Below the pieces are notes generated by a model. The model was not told where the DNA came from. It worked only from the letters and a program-made list of their open reading frames with translations, and ran no database searches. Below are positions 1-10,501 of a stretch of DNA of 64,000 bases, piece after piece (position 1 is the stretch's first letter; each line of letters starts with the position of its first letter). Both the position numbers and the translations under genes were made by a program. This stretch comes from an uncultured Verrucomicrobiae bacterium (lineage in GTDB: Bacteria; Verrucomicrobiota; Verrucomicrobiia; Chthoniobacterales; JAFAMB01), in the NCBI GenBank assembly GCA_963837955.1, contig CAWIPH010000001.1:516357-580356 (forward strand), read 5' to 3'.

Positions 1-859
1 GCGGACCATCGAACGTCTGACACCGGGAGAATTTCGGCTCCAGATGGATTGCGGCGCCCAAATTCAAGTTCGGATCACGGTAGATCGTAACTCCCGCTCA
101 GCGCGGATCGATTTCACCGGGACTTCTGCGCAGGTCGCTGACAATTTCAATGCGCCCTCCGCGATTGTTCGGGCCGCGGTGTTATATGTTTTCCGGACGT
201 TAATCCCTGAGCCGATCCCGCTGAACGACGGGTGCCTGGAACCGATTGAAATCGTTATTCCATCTGGCTCGATGCTCGACCCGAGACCACCGGCAGCGGT
301 CGTGGCTGGCAATGTCGAGACGTCTCAAGCCGTGGTGAACGCGTTGTACGGGGCATTGGGAGTGCTCGCCGCCGCCCAAGGAACCATGAACAATCTGACT
401 TTCGGAAACGATCGTTATCAATACTATGAAACAATCTGTGGCGGAGCGGGGGCAGGCCGAGGATTCCCGGGCGCTTCCGCGGTTCACACGCATATGACCA
501 ATTCTCGGATGACCGACCCGGAGATTCTTGAACTACGCTATCCTGTCATCGTCTCGGAGTTTCGGATTCGTGCCGATTCGGGTGGGAAAGGCCGTTGGAG
601 GGGAGGGGACGGAGTCGTTCGACGGATTACCTTCCGTGAACCAATGACCGTGGCGATATTGGCGGGAAGCCGACGAATTGCGCCCTTTGGTTTGCACGGA
701 GGGGAGCCGGGCGCCTTGGGAAAGACGACCATCTGTCGGACAGACGGGAGCCGGGAAATACTCGATAGTTGCGCGACGACTGACGTGCGACCTGGGGATT
801 CTGTTGTCATAGAAACGCCGGGCGGAGGCGGCTTCGGACAAATAGCAAATAGCAAATAG
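1..859 (+). CDS. Hydantoinase B / 5-oxoprolinase, C-terminal part (5' end outside window)
   Basis: Motifs GNVETSQ, GTMNNLTFG, YYETICGG, HTHMTNSRMTDPE, TPGGGGFG. Confidence 0.92.
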   Translation, partial: RTIERLTPGEFRLQMDCGAQIQVRITVDRNSRSARIDFTGTSAQVADNFNAPSAIVRAAVLYVFRTLIPEPIPLNDGCLEPIEIVIPSGSMLDPRPPAAVVAGNVETSQAVVNALYGALGVLAAAQGTMNNLTFGNDRYQYYETICGGAGAGRGFPGASAVHTHMTNSRMTDPEILELRYPVIVSEFRIRADSGGKGRWRGGDGVVRRITFREPMTVAILAGSRRIAPFGLHGGEPGALGKTTICRTDGSREILDSCATTDVRPGDSVVIETPGGGGFGQIANSK

Positions 860-874
860 CAGATGGCAGATAGC
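839..874 (+). repeat. Heptamer tandem repeat (CARATRG)x5 overlapping the oxoprolinase stop
   Basis: CAAATAG CAAATAG CAAATAG CAGATGG CAGATAG read directly. Confidence 0.8.
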
Positions 875-891
875 GCGACGTTGGAACACGT

Positions 892-1056
892 TTCCCGGGT
901 TAAAACCCCGGCCGGGAGGGATCGCGTCCTCGCGATCCGCGGCGCACGAGGATCCGACGTCGCGCTCAAAGCATTCTGCATCAGGCATCCGAAAGGGCTA
1001 TGTCGGACAGGCTGTGCGCCCTCCCCGCCCCTTCGGGGCAGGGAATAGACGTCGGC
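892..1056. repeat. Nested REP-like palindromic element, family A, copy 1
   Basis: About 56 bp nearly identical to the reverse complement of the segment within 15790-15845; internal palindromes GGATCGCGTCCTCGCGATCC and GCCCCTTCGGGGC. Confidence 0.8.
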
Positions 1057-1177
1057 CTTATGTTGACGCGCATACGCGGGTCGCCGCTACCACGGATGCC
1101 AACGACGGCAAGAACTCTCCTCACAGAGTGTGAAATTTCCAGATAGCGACGCCGAGGAATCGCGGTTTGATTAAGTA

Positions 1178-2104
1178 GTGAGGTTGTTAGTGACTTCGGA
1201 TCTGCACCTGGTCGGTCGGTGGCGCGAGATCGTGCTTTCTAGGTTGGCCGACTGGATCGCAGCTTGTCGGCCAGATGGGCTTGTGGTTGCCGGCGATTTG
1301 TCGGTCGCGCCACAGGCTGCAAACGCCTTGAAGCATTTGCGGGACGTTTTTCCGAGCGGTCCGATCGCCCTGACCCTTGGGAATCACGACTTCTGGTTGG
1401 AGTCCGGCGACGATTGCCGTTCCTTGGCCGAAGTGATTGACCGCTGGTGGAAGCCGGCTGCAGATCAGTTCGCTATATCTCTTCTGGATCTCGAGAATCT
1501 CCCTCTGGGTGAAGTCACCTTGGTGGGCGCATATGGCCATTACGACCTGGGGTTCCGCTGTCCCGATCTCCGCTATCAGGGAACTTTGGTGACGAGAGAA
1601 CATTATTTGGCGGGAAAGCCACCGACTCCAACTCAGCTCCGCTGGCGAGATTTTTTCCACATGCCGCGCGACCTGAATCTTGCGTCGGTCGCTCAAAAAC
1701 AAGTTCGCAGTTTCCAAGGAAGGCTGAAATTGGTCTCAGAGAAACGTGCGTTTGTCGTCCTGCATACCCCGCCATTTGCAGCTTTGCTAGGCATCCCCGA
1801 TATTTCGACAGTTAACTTGGAGGCGCCAAGCGTGTACGCTTTTTTTCGGGCGTACCTGGGAAATGAACAAATGGGTGAATTGCTTAGCGAAGAAAAGCAG
1901 CGGATAGTGGGTGTAATCTGTGGTCATACGCATCGCGAGGTGCCGCCGATTGATTTCGGCGGCTTTTTCGGCGTAAATGTTGGATCCGATTACGGGTCTC
2001 CCGCTGCTTATCTATTTGAGACGGAGACAAGCCGCCTAACAAAGCTGTCCGATCCAGGCGATTCGCCAGATTCGATGACGCAGAAGGGGATTTTGACTGC
2101 TTGA
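1178..2104 (+). CDS. Calcineurin-like metallophosphoesterase
   Basis: SDLH, AGD, GNHD, H, GHTH motifs. Confidence 0.85.
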   Translation: MRLLVTSDLHLVGRWREIVLSRLADWIAACRPDGLVVAGDLSVAPQAANALKHLRDVFPSGPIALTLGNHDFWLESGDDCRSLAEVIDRWWKPAADQFAISLLDLENLPLGEVTLVGAYGHYDLGFRCPDLRYQGTLVTREHYLAGKPPTPTQLRWRDFFHMPRDLNLASVAQKQVRSFQGRLKLVSEKRAFVVLHTPPFAALLGIPDISTVNLEAPSVYAFFRAYLGNEQMGELLSEEKQRIVGVICGHTHREVPPIDFGGFFGVNVGSDYGSPAAYLFETETSRLTKLSDPGDSPDSMTQKGILTA

Positions 2105-2160
2105 TAAACTCATTGACGCCAACTGTCTCTAAAGTAATCTTCCCGGCTCTCGGAGGGGAT

Positions 2161-3978
2161 ATGGACAAGATTCGTAACATCGCGATCATCGCACACGTCG
2201 ATCATGGAAAGACGACGTTAGTCGACCAGTTGCTTCGGCAGTCCGGCACGTTTCGTTCGAACCAGAAGGTGGAAGAACGGGTCATGGACTCGATGGATCT
2301 GGAACGCGAAAAAGGGATCACCATCAGGGCGAAAAACGCGGCATTCCAATACAAGGACTACCATGTAAACATCGTGGATACGCCGGGCCATGCCGATTTT
2401 GGCGGTGAAGTGGAGCGAATCATGAAGATGGTGGATGGCGTGCTTCTAGTCGTGGATTCGCACGACGGACCCCAAGCGCAAACCAAATTTGTGCTGCGCA
2501 AGGCGCTGGAAAATCACACCCAGCCGATTGTCGTTATTAATAAGATAGATCGGGAGAACGCGCGCCCACACAAGGTGTTGGACATGGTCTTCGATCTTTT
2601 CGTGGAGCTGAACGCCACCGACGCACAGCTCGACTTCCCGGTTATCTATGCCAGCGCCAAAGAAGGCTACGCCGTCCGGGAAATCCACGAGACGAACGAC
2701 AATATGGAGCCTCTGTTCGAGGCGATTATCAAATATATTCCGCCCCCACCAAAGGCTGAGCAGTCATACTTTCAATTTCTGGCGTCGAATCTTGACTACA
2801 GCGACTATCTCGGGCGGCTAGCGTTTGGTCGCATCGTAAGCGGGCGTGTCTCGGTGGGTGACTCGGTCGTCTTAATTCACCTGGACGGTCGTCGCGAACG
2901 CACCAACGTTACCGCGCTGTTTGGACATCAGGGCTTAGAGCGGACTGAAATCAAACATGCCGGGGCCGGTGACATTGTCGGATTGGCCGGCTTCGAGGAG
3001 GTCGCGATAGGAGAGACGATCACCGACAACGAAGATCGGCTGGCACTCGAGTTTGTTCACATCGATCCACCGACCATCCAAATGAATTTTGTGGTCAACG
3101 ATTCGCCGTTGGCTGGGCGAGAAGGTAAATTCTTGACCGCTCGCCATATTAAAGAGCGGTTGGTTCGCGAGGTGCGCACCAATGTTTCTTTGGGGTTCAC
3201 CGAGACGGATCTGGCCGGCGTTTTCACCGTAAGTGCTCGGGGAGAAATGCAAATCGCAGTTTTGGTGGAACAGATGCGGCGAGAGGGATTTGAACTCCTG
3301 GTCTCACGACCCGAGGTCATCTTCAAAAAAGACGAGGCGGGCGAAGTACTGGAACCATACGAAACATTGTACGTAGATGTTCCGAACGAGAATCTCGGAG
3401 ACATCTTACAATCGTTGGCTGGCCGGAAAGCGGAGATTGTAAGCATGGACCACCAAGCCAAGAGCGTCCTCGTGGAATCGGTGATTCCGACCCGCGGCTT
3501 GATCGGTTTCGAGAGCGATTTGGTAAATCTGACTCGCGGTCTTGGGTCGATGAGTCACCTTTTCAAGGAGTACGGATCGCATAAGGGTGAAATCTCAAGT
3601 CGAGGAAACGGGGTGCTTGTGGCAATGGAGGGTGGTCTTTCCACCGCCTATGCGCTCAACAACGTACAGGAGCGAGGTCGATTGTTTCTCTCCCCGCAAG
3701 AGGATGTTTACGAAGGAATGATCGTTGGGGAAAACTCCCGACCGGACGACCTGACGGTGAATCCGTGTAAAGCCAAGCATTTGACGAACATGCGGAGCCA
3801 AGGAGACGGCAAAGGCGTTCAGCTCGCGCCGCCCCTCAAAATGAGTCTGGAGCGCGCTCTAGAGTACATTGCTCCCGACGAATTCGTTGAGGTAACCCCA
3901 AAAAACCTCCGGCTGCGGAAAAAGATTTTGGATTCGCACGCTCGTAAGCGGGCGGCGGCAAAGCTGGCGACGGCTTGA
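2161..3978 (+). CDS. typA: Translational GTPase TypA/BipA
   Basis: [35 protein letters not shown]-terminal [11 protein letters not shown]; start set at MDKIR. Confidence 0.97.
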   Translation: MDKIRNIAIIAHVDHGKTTLVDQLLRQSGTFRSNQKVEERVMDSMDLEREKGITIRAKNAAFQYKDYHVNIVDTPGHADFGGEVERIMKMVDGVLLVVDSHDGPQAQTKFVLRKALENHTQPIVVINKIDRENARPHKVLDMVFDLFVELNATDAQLDFPVIYASAKEGYAVREIHETNDNMEPLFEAIIKYIPPPPKAEQSYFQFLASNLDYSDYLGRLAFGRIVSGRVSVGDSVVLIHLDGRRERTNVTALFGHQGLERTEIKHAGAGDIVGLAGFEEVAIGETITDNEDRLALEFVHIDPPTIQMNFVVNDSPLAGREGKFLTARHIKERLVREVRTNVSLGFTETDLAGVFTVSARGEMQIAVLVEQMRREGFELLVSRPEVIFKKDEAGEVLEPYETLYVDVPNENLGDILQSLAGRKAEIVSMDHQAKSVLVESVIPTRGLIGFESDLVNLTRGLGSMSHLFKEYGSHKGEISSRGNGVLVAMEGGLSTAYALNNVQERGRLFLSPQEDVYEGMIVGENSRPDDLTVNPCKAKHLTNMRSQGDGKGVQLAPPLKMSLERALEYIAPDEFVEVTPKNLRLRKKILDSHARKRAAAKLATA

Positions 3979-4127
3979 CAAAAGAGTCGTCTTAGGGTTT
4001 GGTTGCCTATCGCAAGGTGATTCGCTAACCGGCGGTTCTAAAGACTTCTGTCTTCTCTCGGTCGCGAGCGGCTCATTGGCATAACCTTTTAACCCGGTTC
4101 TCAATCTATTTTTTTCGAACCCGAATT

Positions 4128-4880
4128 ATGGCGGGTCATAGCAAGTGGTCTAAAGTCAAACGCTTCAAGGGCGCCCTCGACACGAAGCGTGGCAAATTAT
4201 TTAGCCGGTTCTCGAAAGAGATCATGGTGGCTGCTCGAATGGGCGGAGGTGACATGGATTTGAATCCCCGCTTGCGATCGGCGGTATTGGGGGCGCGAGG
4301 CCAAAATATGCCCAACGACACTATCGAACGCGCGATTAAAAAAGGGACTGGGGAAATTGCCGGTGGGTTGGTCGAAGAGTTGATTTACGAGGGGTATGGT
4401 CCAGGCGGTGTTGCCGTCATCGTGGAGGCAGCAACTGACAATAAGAACCGGACTGCGGCGGATATTCGAAGAATTTTTAGTAAAAATAATGGGCACCTGG
4501 CGGCAACTGGAGCCGTCTCTTATCTGTTTAAAAGAAAGGGACAGGTAACGGTTCCTCGAAACGCAGTAGAAGAAGATCAGCTACTCGAGATTACCCTGGA
4601 AGCTGGCGCTGATGATTTGATCGCCGATGAGGAGTTGTACGTCGTGACGACCCCGCACGGTCAACTTTATCGCGTGGGCGAAGCAATTCGGCATGCCGGA
4701 ATCCCCATCGAAGAACAGAAATTGACTTTTATCGCAGAAAACATCGTACCGGTTCGCGACTCCTCTCTGGCCGACCACGTATTGCGGCTTTGTGACGAAT
4801 TAGAAGAGAACGATGACGTGCAAAATGTGCACAGCAATTTCGATATCGCGGAAGAGTTGTTAGCTAAACTCGCTCACTAA
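4128..4880 (+). CDS. yebC: YebC/PmpR family protein
   Basis: MAGHSKW, YEGYGPGGVA, DDVQNVHSN. Confidence 0.95.
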   Translation: MAGHSKWSKVKRFKGALDTKRGKLFSRFSKEIMVAARMGGGDMDLNPRLRSAVLGARGQNMPNDTIERAIKKGTGEIAGGLVEELIYEGYGPGGVAVIVEAATDNKNRTAADIRRIFSKNNGHLAATGAVSYLFKRKGQVTVPRNAVEEDQLLEITLEAGADDLIADEELYVVTTPHGQLYRVGEAIRHAGIPIEEQKLTFIAENIVPVRDSSLADHVLRLCDELEENDDVQNVHSNFDIAEELLAKLAH

Positions 4881-4932
4881 CCGGTTCAGGACACCAATTG
4901 CGCTAAAAGAGTAAGAAATTTTGGAGGAAGTT

Positions 4933-6453
4933 ATGGCAGAAGGAAACGAACAGCCCGCTTTGTTGGGCGAAGATGCGGAGCCGGAAAAAAGGCCGAAACG
5001 GACTCGTTCCGTGGCCGGTTCCAATGCAAAGAGGACATCAGCCCGAAGGAGTGGCGGGAAGCGGCCGACTAAATCGAACGATCAGGCGGCGAGCGCTGCA
5101 GGTCAGTTATTAAAAAAGGTTAATGAAGAGATGCCCTTGAACGAAACGACTTCCCGGACCTTGGACAGTTCCGCTCGATCCGATGCGGTTCAACCAGCCG
5201 GAAATGAGGTTGCTCATTCGGAAGTAAAATCGGTTGCGGACGATCAGGTGAATGGGTCTCCGGCGATCAATGAAGTTAGAGAGGCGACCACGGGCGAGAA
5301 CGGCAGACATCGTGCGCACGGCGAGGTGACTGTCGAACAGCCGAGGCCCGAGCCGGTTTATGGTGAAGGGCTGATCGAAGTCTCAGGCAAAGGGTTCGGT
5401 TTTCTCCGCGACCCGAAACGCAATTACGTTCAATCGCCTCAGGATATTTTTGTTACCCCGGAAGTGGTGCGAAAACATGCGCTTCGCGATGGCTTATGGA
5501 TCAAGGGAGAGATTCGGCGCGGTAGTCGCGGACCCCAGCTATTCAAGCTAACGGAGATCAACGGGGAGGATCCGGACCGATACCGCAATCTGCCTGTATT
5601 TGAAGAGCTCACCTCGATCAACCCAGTGGAACGGATTCGTTTGGAGACAGTGCCCGATCGATACACCACGCGAGTGATGGATCTCATGACGCCGATCGGT
5701 AAGGGACAACGCGGCTTGATTGTTGCGCCCCCGCGAACCGGGAAGACGACATTGTTGCAGCATATCGCCGATGCGGTTGTCCGAAATCACCCAGAGACCA
5801 GCTTGATCATTCTTTTGGTGGATGAACGGCCGGAAGAAGTGACCGAAATCCGCCGGACCGTGCCCAAGGCGGATATCATGGCGAGTTCGAATGACAGCGA
5901 TATCAAGAGCCATACCCGGATCGCGCAACTAGCAATCGAGCGGGCCAAGCGGCTCGTCGAGGCAAATCGCGATGTCTTTGTTTTAATGGATTCGTTGACT
6001 CGGGTCGGTCGCGCTTTCAATAACGCCAGCGCTGGGAGCGGCCGGACGATGAGCGGGGGTATGGACTCCCGAGCGATGGAAATTCCCCGCAAGCTTTTCG
6101 CTGCGGCCAGAAATACGGAAGAAGCAGGTTCTCTGACGATCATGGCTACTGCCCTCATTGAGACCGGCTCTAAAATGGATGAGCTGATCTTTCAGGAGTT
6201 CAAGGGCACCGGAAACATGGAAATGGTCTTGGATCGTCAGATTAGTGACCAACGAACCTATCCGTCAGTAGATATTTTCAAGTCGGGAACCCGGCGAGAA
6301 GAGTTGCTCTTGCCCGAACGTGATCTTGAAAAGATCAATACGATTCGCCGCGGTCTGGCCGGCCATCGACCGACAGAAGCAATCGAGCGGCTTCTTTCGT
6401 TCCTGCGTAAGTTTCCGACGAACGCGCAGATGTTGCGCGAAATTCCGGGTTAA
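4933..6453 (+). CDS. rho: Transcription termination factor Rho with N-terminal extension
   Basis: GFGFLR, PIGKGQRGLIVAPPRTGKT, DERPEEVT, EFKGTGNME; GGAGG upstream of ATG 4933. Confidence 0.96.
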   Translation: MAEGNEQPALLGEDAEPEKRPKRTRSVAGSNAKRTSARRSGGKRPTKSNDQAASAAGQLLKKVNEEMPLNETTSRTLDSSARSDAVQPAGNEVAHSEVKSVADDQVNGSPAINEVREATTGENGRHRAHGEVTVEQPRPEPVYGEGLIEVSGKGFGFLRDPKRNYVQSPQDIFVTPEVVRKHALRDGLWIKGEIRRGSRGPQLFKLTEINGEDPDRYRNLPVFEELTSINPVERIRLETVPDRYTTRVMDLMTPIGKGQRGLIVAPPRTGKTTLLQHIADAVVRNHPETSLIILLVDERPEEVTEIRRTVPKADIMASSNDSDIKSHTRIAQLAIERAKRLVEANRDVFVLMDSLTRVGRAFNNASAGSGRTMSGGMDSRAMEIPRKLFAAARNTEEAGSLTIMATALIETGSKMDELIFQEFKGTGNMEMVLDRQISDQRTYPSVDIFKSGTRREELLLPERDLEKINTIRRGLAGHRPTEAIERLLSFLRKFPTNAQMLREIPG

Positions 6454-6552
6454 TGAGGCCAATCCGGCGTATGCCGCATTAGGCTTTGCCTCACCATTCT
6501 GGGGCTCTGTGCAAGCTCTCGCGGGTTTGAACCTTACAAATCCAGCTCGCCA

Positions 6553-7647
6553 ATGATTTCTCTTGTTCGGGGTCCCGTACTCGACGAAGGAACGGTTCTC
6601 GACGCAGCTATGACCGCTATTGCCCCAGCTCTTTGGCGCCAACCACATCCATTCCTTTTAGTTGTTTTGTTAGCTTGGATTGGCTGCGTTTTGCCGGTGC
6701 GCGCTGCGGAGAAAGTTGTCATTCAATACGATTGTATCCCGAATTATGCTAACTGGGGCGCCGTAACCGCTGCCTACCAAAAGGAGACCAGTGTTCGGGT
6801 TCCACCGGATATGAAGGGGAGTTCCGCCGCGATGGCTGCGCTCGAAGCCGAAAGTCAGAATCCCCAAGCAGATTGTGCCTATTACTCTGGGGCGATCGGA
6901 TTCCAAGCGGCGAAGAAGGGGCTACATCAACCGTATAAACCGGCTGGATTCGAGAAAATCCCGGACGGGCTCAAGGATCCTGACGGTCTCTGGTTCACGG
7001 TGCATACTGCGAACATCGCAATTTTGGTGAACACACAAGCTTTGAACGGGAAGCCGGTCCCTAAATCGTTCGCCGATCTGCTGAATCCAGATTACAAAGG
7101 GATGGTTGCGTACGACGACCCGACCTGGGGCGGCACGGGGTTCACCTTTGTTTACGGAATAAACGCCATCTTGCACGGCCAGGCGGACTTGGAGGCTGGT
7201 TTTGCCTATCTCAAGAAATTGGATGCCAACATTCTGCAGTACCCGCGCGAAAACATCTACAATGCTGTGTTGCGCGGCGAAATTCCGATCTGGATCAACG
7301 CCGATGGAAACGGTTTGAAAGCAAAGTATGTCGACCATGCTCCGGTTGAAACAATCATTCCGGAGGAAGGAACGATCGTGATGCCGCTAGTCATGGGAAT
7401 GGTCAAACATGCCCCGCACGCGGACGAGTGTCGTAAGTATTTGGACTGGCTGCTTGGCCCGATCGCCCAGAAGACGATGGCAGATTCCTTCTTCAAGCCG
7501 ATAGTAAAAGTCGAATTAAAGCCCGAACTGACCAAAGAATTTCCGCCGGATTCAGCTTATGCGAAGGCGATCGTCTTGCCGCTGGAGGAAATGGCTTCGC
7601 AAGCAGACCAGGTAAAGGAGCGCTGGCTCAAAGAGGTTAAGAAATAG
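6553..7647 (+). CDS. ABC substrate-binding protein (Fe3+/thiamine/polyamine-like class); true start may be downstream
   Basis: Signal-peptide-like segment ending VRA-AE; ESQNPQAD, PKSFADLLNPDYKG; first gene of an ABC operon. Confidence 0.85.
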   Translation: MISLVRGPVLDEGTVLDAAMTAIAPALWRQPHPFLLVVLLAWIGCVLPVRAAEKVVIQYDCIPNYANWGAVTAAYQKETSVRVPPDMKGSSAAMAALEAESQNPQADCAYYSGAIGFQAAKKGLHQPYKPAGFEKIPDGLKDPDGLWFTVHTANIAILVNTQALNGKPVPKSFADLLNPDYKGMVAYDDPTWGGTGFTFVYGINAILHGQADLEAGFAYLKKLDANILQYPRENIYNAVLRGEIPIWINADGNGLKAKYVDHAPVETIIPEEGTIVMPLVMGMVKHAPHADECRKYLDWLLGPIAQKTMADSFFKPIVKVELKPELTKEFPPDSAYAKAIVLPLEEMASQADQVKERWLKEVKK

Positions 7648-7708
7648 AACGGAGTTTCCGCGAGTTTTCAGATAAGCTAGTATTAGGCGGAAGACCATCC
7701 AGTGCCTG

Positions 7709-9361
7709 ATGCGCGCAAGAGCTTTGCTTCGTGTAACGGCTTTTTTGCCGGCGGCGATTCTGCTAGTTGCGTTTTTTGGCTACCCACTGCTGAGGCTGAC
7801 TTCGGCTAGCTTGATCGATCCGGAAACGTGGAGCAGGGTCGGCCGAATTTTTTCCGAATCCACGTTTCGTGATCCACTGCTCAACTCTATTTGGCTGAGC
7901 GCATTGGTAGCGCTGAGTGGCACTGGCGCAGCTCTTCTGCCCGCCTGGTATCTGGGACGATCCAGGTCTCGCTGGACCACAGTGCTGCGGGCTATTTACG
8001 TCTTGCCGCTCTCTTTCTCCGGAGTGCTTGTTGGTTTCCTCGCTTTGCTTATGCTTGGGCGAGTTGGCTTCGTGCCAAGAGTTGCCCAACTGCTCCTAGG
8101 AATTCCACTGTTGAGCGGCGCAGCCTACCAACTTACCGGTTTGGTTGCGGCGTATCTCTATTTCGAGATCCCCCGGGCAACGCTGGCTTTGGAAAGCACG
8201 ATTCGTCAATTTGATGATCGGCTATTGATTGCCGCGCGGGCGCTTGGCGCCAATGCTCAGCAACGGTTTTTTTGGTTAATCCTGCCAATCCTTCGCCCCA
8301 CATTGCTCAGCACCTTTGCTCTGACGTTCGTTGTTTCTTTCGGATCATTTGGCGTCGCTCTAATCCTCTGCCACCGATTTTCGGTCTTGCCTTTGGAAAT
8401 GTTCAACCGGTTTGTCGGTTTCAACGACTGGCCAACTACGAACGCGATGGCTCTGATTCTGCTTACCGTGGCCTTTCTCGTTCTCTGGTCTGCATCGCGT
8501 TACGACGATAGAGCGCGGTTTTCGATGCGTTATGGTCCCGCTATCCAAGTTCAGGATCGAGTTCGTGATCGTGGTCTTTTAAACCTCCTAGGCCTGGCAA
8601 CTCTTTTGCTAGCGCTTGTTCTAGGTGGTCCGTTGATCCTGGTAGTAGCTGGCGCCTTTCTTGATCTTTCCTGGCTAGGAGTATCAACCGAGAGCTGGTC
8701 AGCGAGCAACCTGGGCGGCACGCTCTCCGACTTCTGGCAGATCTACCATCACGCCTTTGCGTTCAGTCTCTGCGTTGCGATCGCTTGTGTTGGTCTAGCA
8801 CTTTCAATCGGTCTGGCCGCATCGCTGGCGATCACTCACTTGCCTCGGAGCCTGCAGTCCATTTGCGAATCATTTGTTCTCCTTCCTCTCTCAACCCCCG
8901 GTGTCGTTTTGGCGATCGCCATTATTCAAGCGTATAGCGTCGTGCGCGGCAATCCGCTGATTATCCTGGCGGGTCATTTGGTCTACACTTTGCCGTTCGT
9001 GATTCGTTTGTTGATCGATTCCGTTCGCGCTACGGAACTTCGCAAGCTCGAGGGCTGCGCTGCCACTCTTTGCGCCGGTCCGATGCAACGCTTTTGGCTC
9101 GTCTCCTTTCCCTTATTAAGGCGACCGTTAGTGATTTCGGCTCTAATTGTATTCGCCGTCTCTTGGGGAGAATTTAATATCAGCTTTCTTTTGAACACGC
9201 CGATTTACCAAACGTTTCCTGCTGCGCTTTACGCCACCTACACCGGCAACAGCTTCCACTACGCTTCATTGGCGACTGTCATCTTCCTGGCAGTTCTCGT
9301 ACCTATTCTGTTCGTACTACAACGGTTCGGGAGCGAGCGCTGGTTAATCACGACCTCGTAA
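7709..9361 (+). CDS. ABC permease, fused two-domain (FbpB/ThiP-like)
   Basis: Many TM helices, two EAA-like loops (AARALGA, AATLCA). Confidence 0.88.
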   Translation: MRARALLRVTAFLPAAILLVAFFGYPLLRLTSASLIDPETWSRVGRIFSESTFRDPLLNSIWLSALVALSGTGAALLPAWYLGRSRSRWTTVLRAIYVLPLSFSGVLVGFLALLMLGRVGFVPRVAQLLLGIPLLSGAAYQLTGLVAAYLYFEIPRATLALESTIRQFDDRLLIAARALGANAQQRFFWLILPILRPTLLSTFALTFVVSFGSFGVALILCHRFSVLPLEMFNRFVGFNDWPTTNAMALILLTVAFLVLWSASRYDDRARFSMRYGPAIQVQDRVRDRGLLNLLGLATLLLALVLGGPLILVVAGAFLDLSWLGVSTESWSASNLGGTLSDFWQIYHHAFAFSLCVAIACVGLALSIGLAASLAITHLPRSLQSICESFVLLPLSTPGVVLAIAIIQAYSVVRGNPLIILAGHLVYTLPFVIRLLIDSVRATELRKLEGCAATLCAGPMQRFWLVSFPLLRRPLVISALIVFAVSWGEFNISFLLNTPIYQTFPAALYATYTGNSFHYASLATVIFLAVLVPILFVLQRFGSERWLITTS

Positions 9362-9366
9362 AATAC

Positions 9367-10458
9367 ATGGCGAATCTTCGAGCCGTGCGCCTGCGCAAAA
9401 CGTTTAGGTCTTCCGGGCCCGATCCTCATAAGAGCGAGCGAGAGACGCGAATCGAGATCGATCACGAGTTTTCTGAAGGGGCTATCAATGTTTTGGTTGG
9501 CCCGAGCGGATCGGGTAAAACAACCATCTTAAATATTATCGCCGGGCTGATTGATCCCGATGACGGGCAAGTGGTACTCGACGGCGTCGATATTACGCGC
9601 GAAGCGGTCGAGAGGAGGAACTTCGGCTACATCTTTCAAGACTACGCCTTGTTCCCGCACCTGAACGTCAGCCAAAATATAGATTTTGGAATGAAAGCTC
9701 GTCGTTTGCCGAGGGAAGAAAGGAGTCGAAGACGGGACGAGATGTTGGGATTTTTCCGGATCTCGCACTTGGCGAACCGCGAAGTCCATGCGCTCTCCGG
9801 CGGAGAGAAACAGCGAGTCGCCTTGGCGCGAGCGTTGGCCACGCAGCCGCGCGTTCTTTTAATGGACGAGCCGTTGTCTGCTCTCGACGCGAGTCTGCGC
9901 ATCCAACTTCGATCTGAGCTAAAAGCGTTCCTCCAGCAACTGGCTGTCACGACTTTGTACGTAACCCACGATCAAGAAGAGGCCATGACGCTGGCCCATA
10001 CGTTATTGATACTTCGCGACGGTGCGCTTCAGCAGATCGGAACGCCATTGGAACTGTACGAGAATCCAATAAACCCCTTTGTCGCTGGTTTCTTGGGCGA
10101 AGCGAATTTCTTTTCCGGTACTCGGTCGCCAAGCGGTACGATAGAGCTTCCGTTTGCAGAGACCCGCCTACCGGCGCTTGCGGATGCCATAACAGTCATG
10201 GTCAGGCCGGAAGATGTTCTGCCCTGCTCCGGACCAGACGCGCTCTTCGATGCGGAGGTCGAGGAAATTGTGTTCCTGGGAGATCGAGCCCGGCTCCATC
10301 TACGGGCGGGTCCGACCCGCGTCCAAATGAATGTAGGAACGGCAGAATCGGCGCGCTATCCGGTCGGCGATAAAATTTCGGTCTGTTTTCGGGCGGCGGG
10401 CATCCGAACTTGGCCAAACGATCAGATAACTCTTCTCTCCGCTGCTCGGGCTGGTTAG
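9367..10458 (+). CDS. ABC ATP-binding protein (PotA/FbpC-like)
   Basis: GPSGSGKT, LSGGEKQR, DEP, THDQEEA, TOBE-like tail. Confidence 0.93.
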   Translation: MANLRAVRLRKTFRSSGPDPHKSERETRIEIDHEFSEGAINVLVGPSGSGKTTILNIIAGLIDPDDGQVVLDGVDITREAVERRNFGYIFQDYALFPHLNVSQNIDFGMKARRLPREERSRRRDEMLGFFRISHLANREVHALSGGEKQRVALARALATQPRVLLMDEPLSALDASLRIQLRSELKAFLQQLAVTTLYVTHDQEEAMTLAHTLLILRDGALQQIGTPLELYENPINPFVAGFLGEANFFSGTRSPSGTIELPFAETRLPALADAITVMVRPEDVLPCSGPDALFDAEVEEIVFLGDRARLHLRAGPTRVQMNVGTAESARYPVGDKISVCFRAAGIRTWPNDQITLLSAARAG

Positions 10459-10501
10459 CTTAGCCGCCGATCCGGGCGTAAAGTCTGGAGGCAATCCAAT
10501 A

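Noticed and set aside
6454..6552. Riboswitch upstream of the ABC operon
   Set aside because: No TPP, cobalamin, FMN or SAM consensus recognisable in this short gap.
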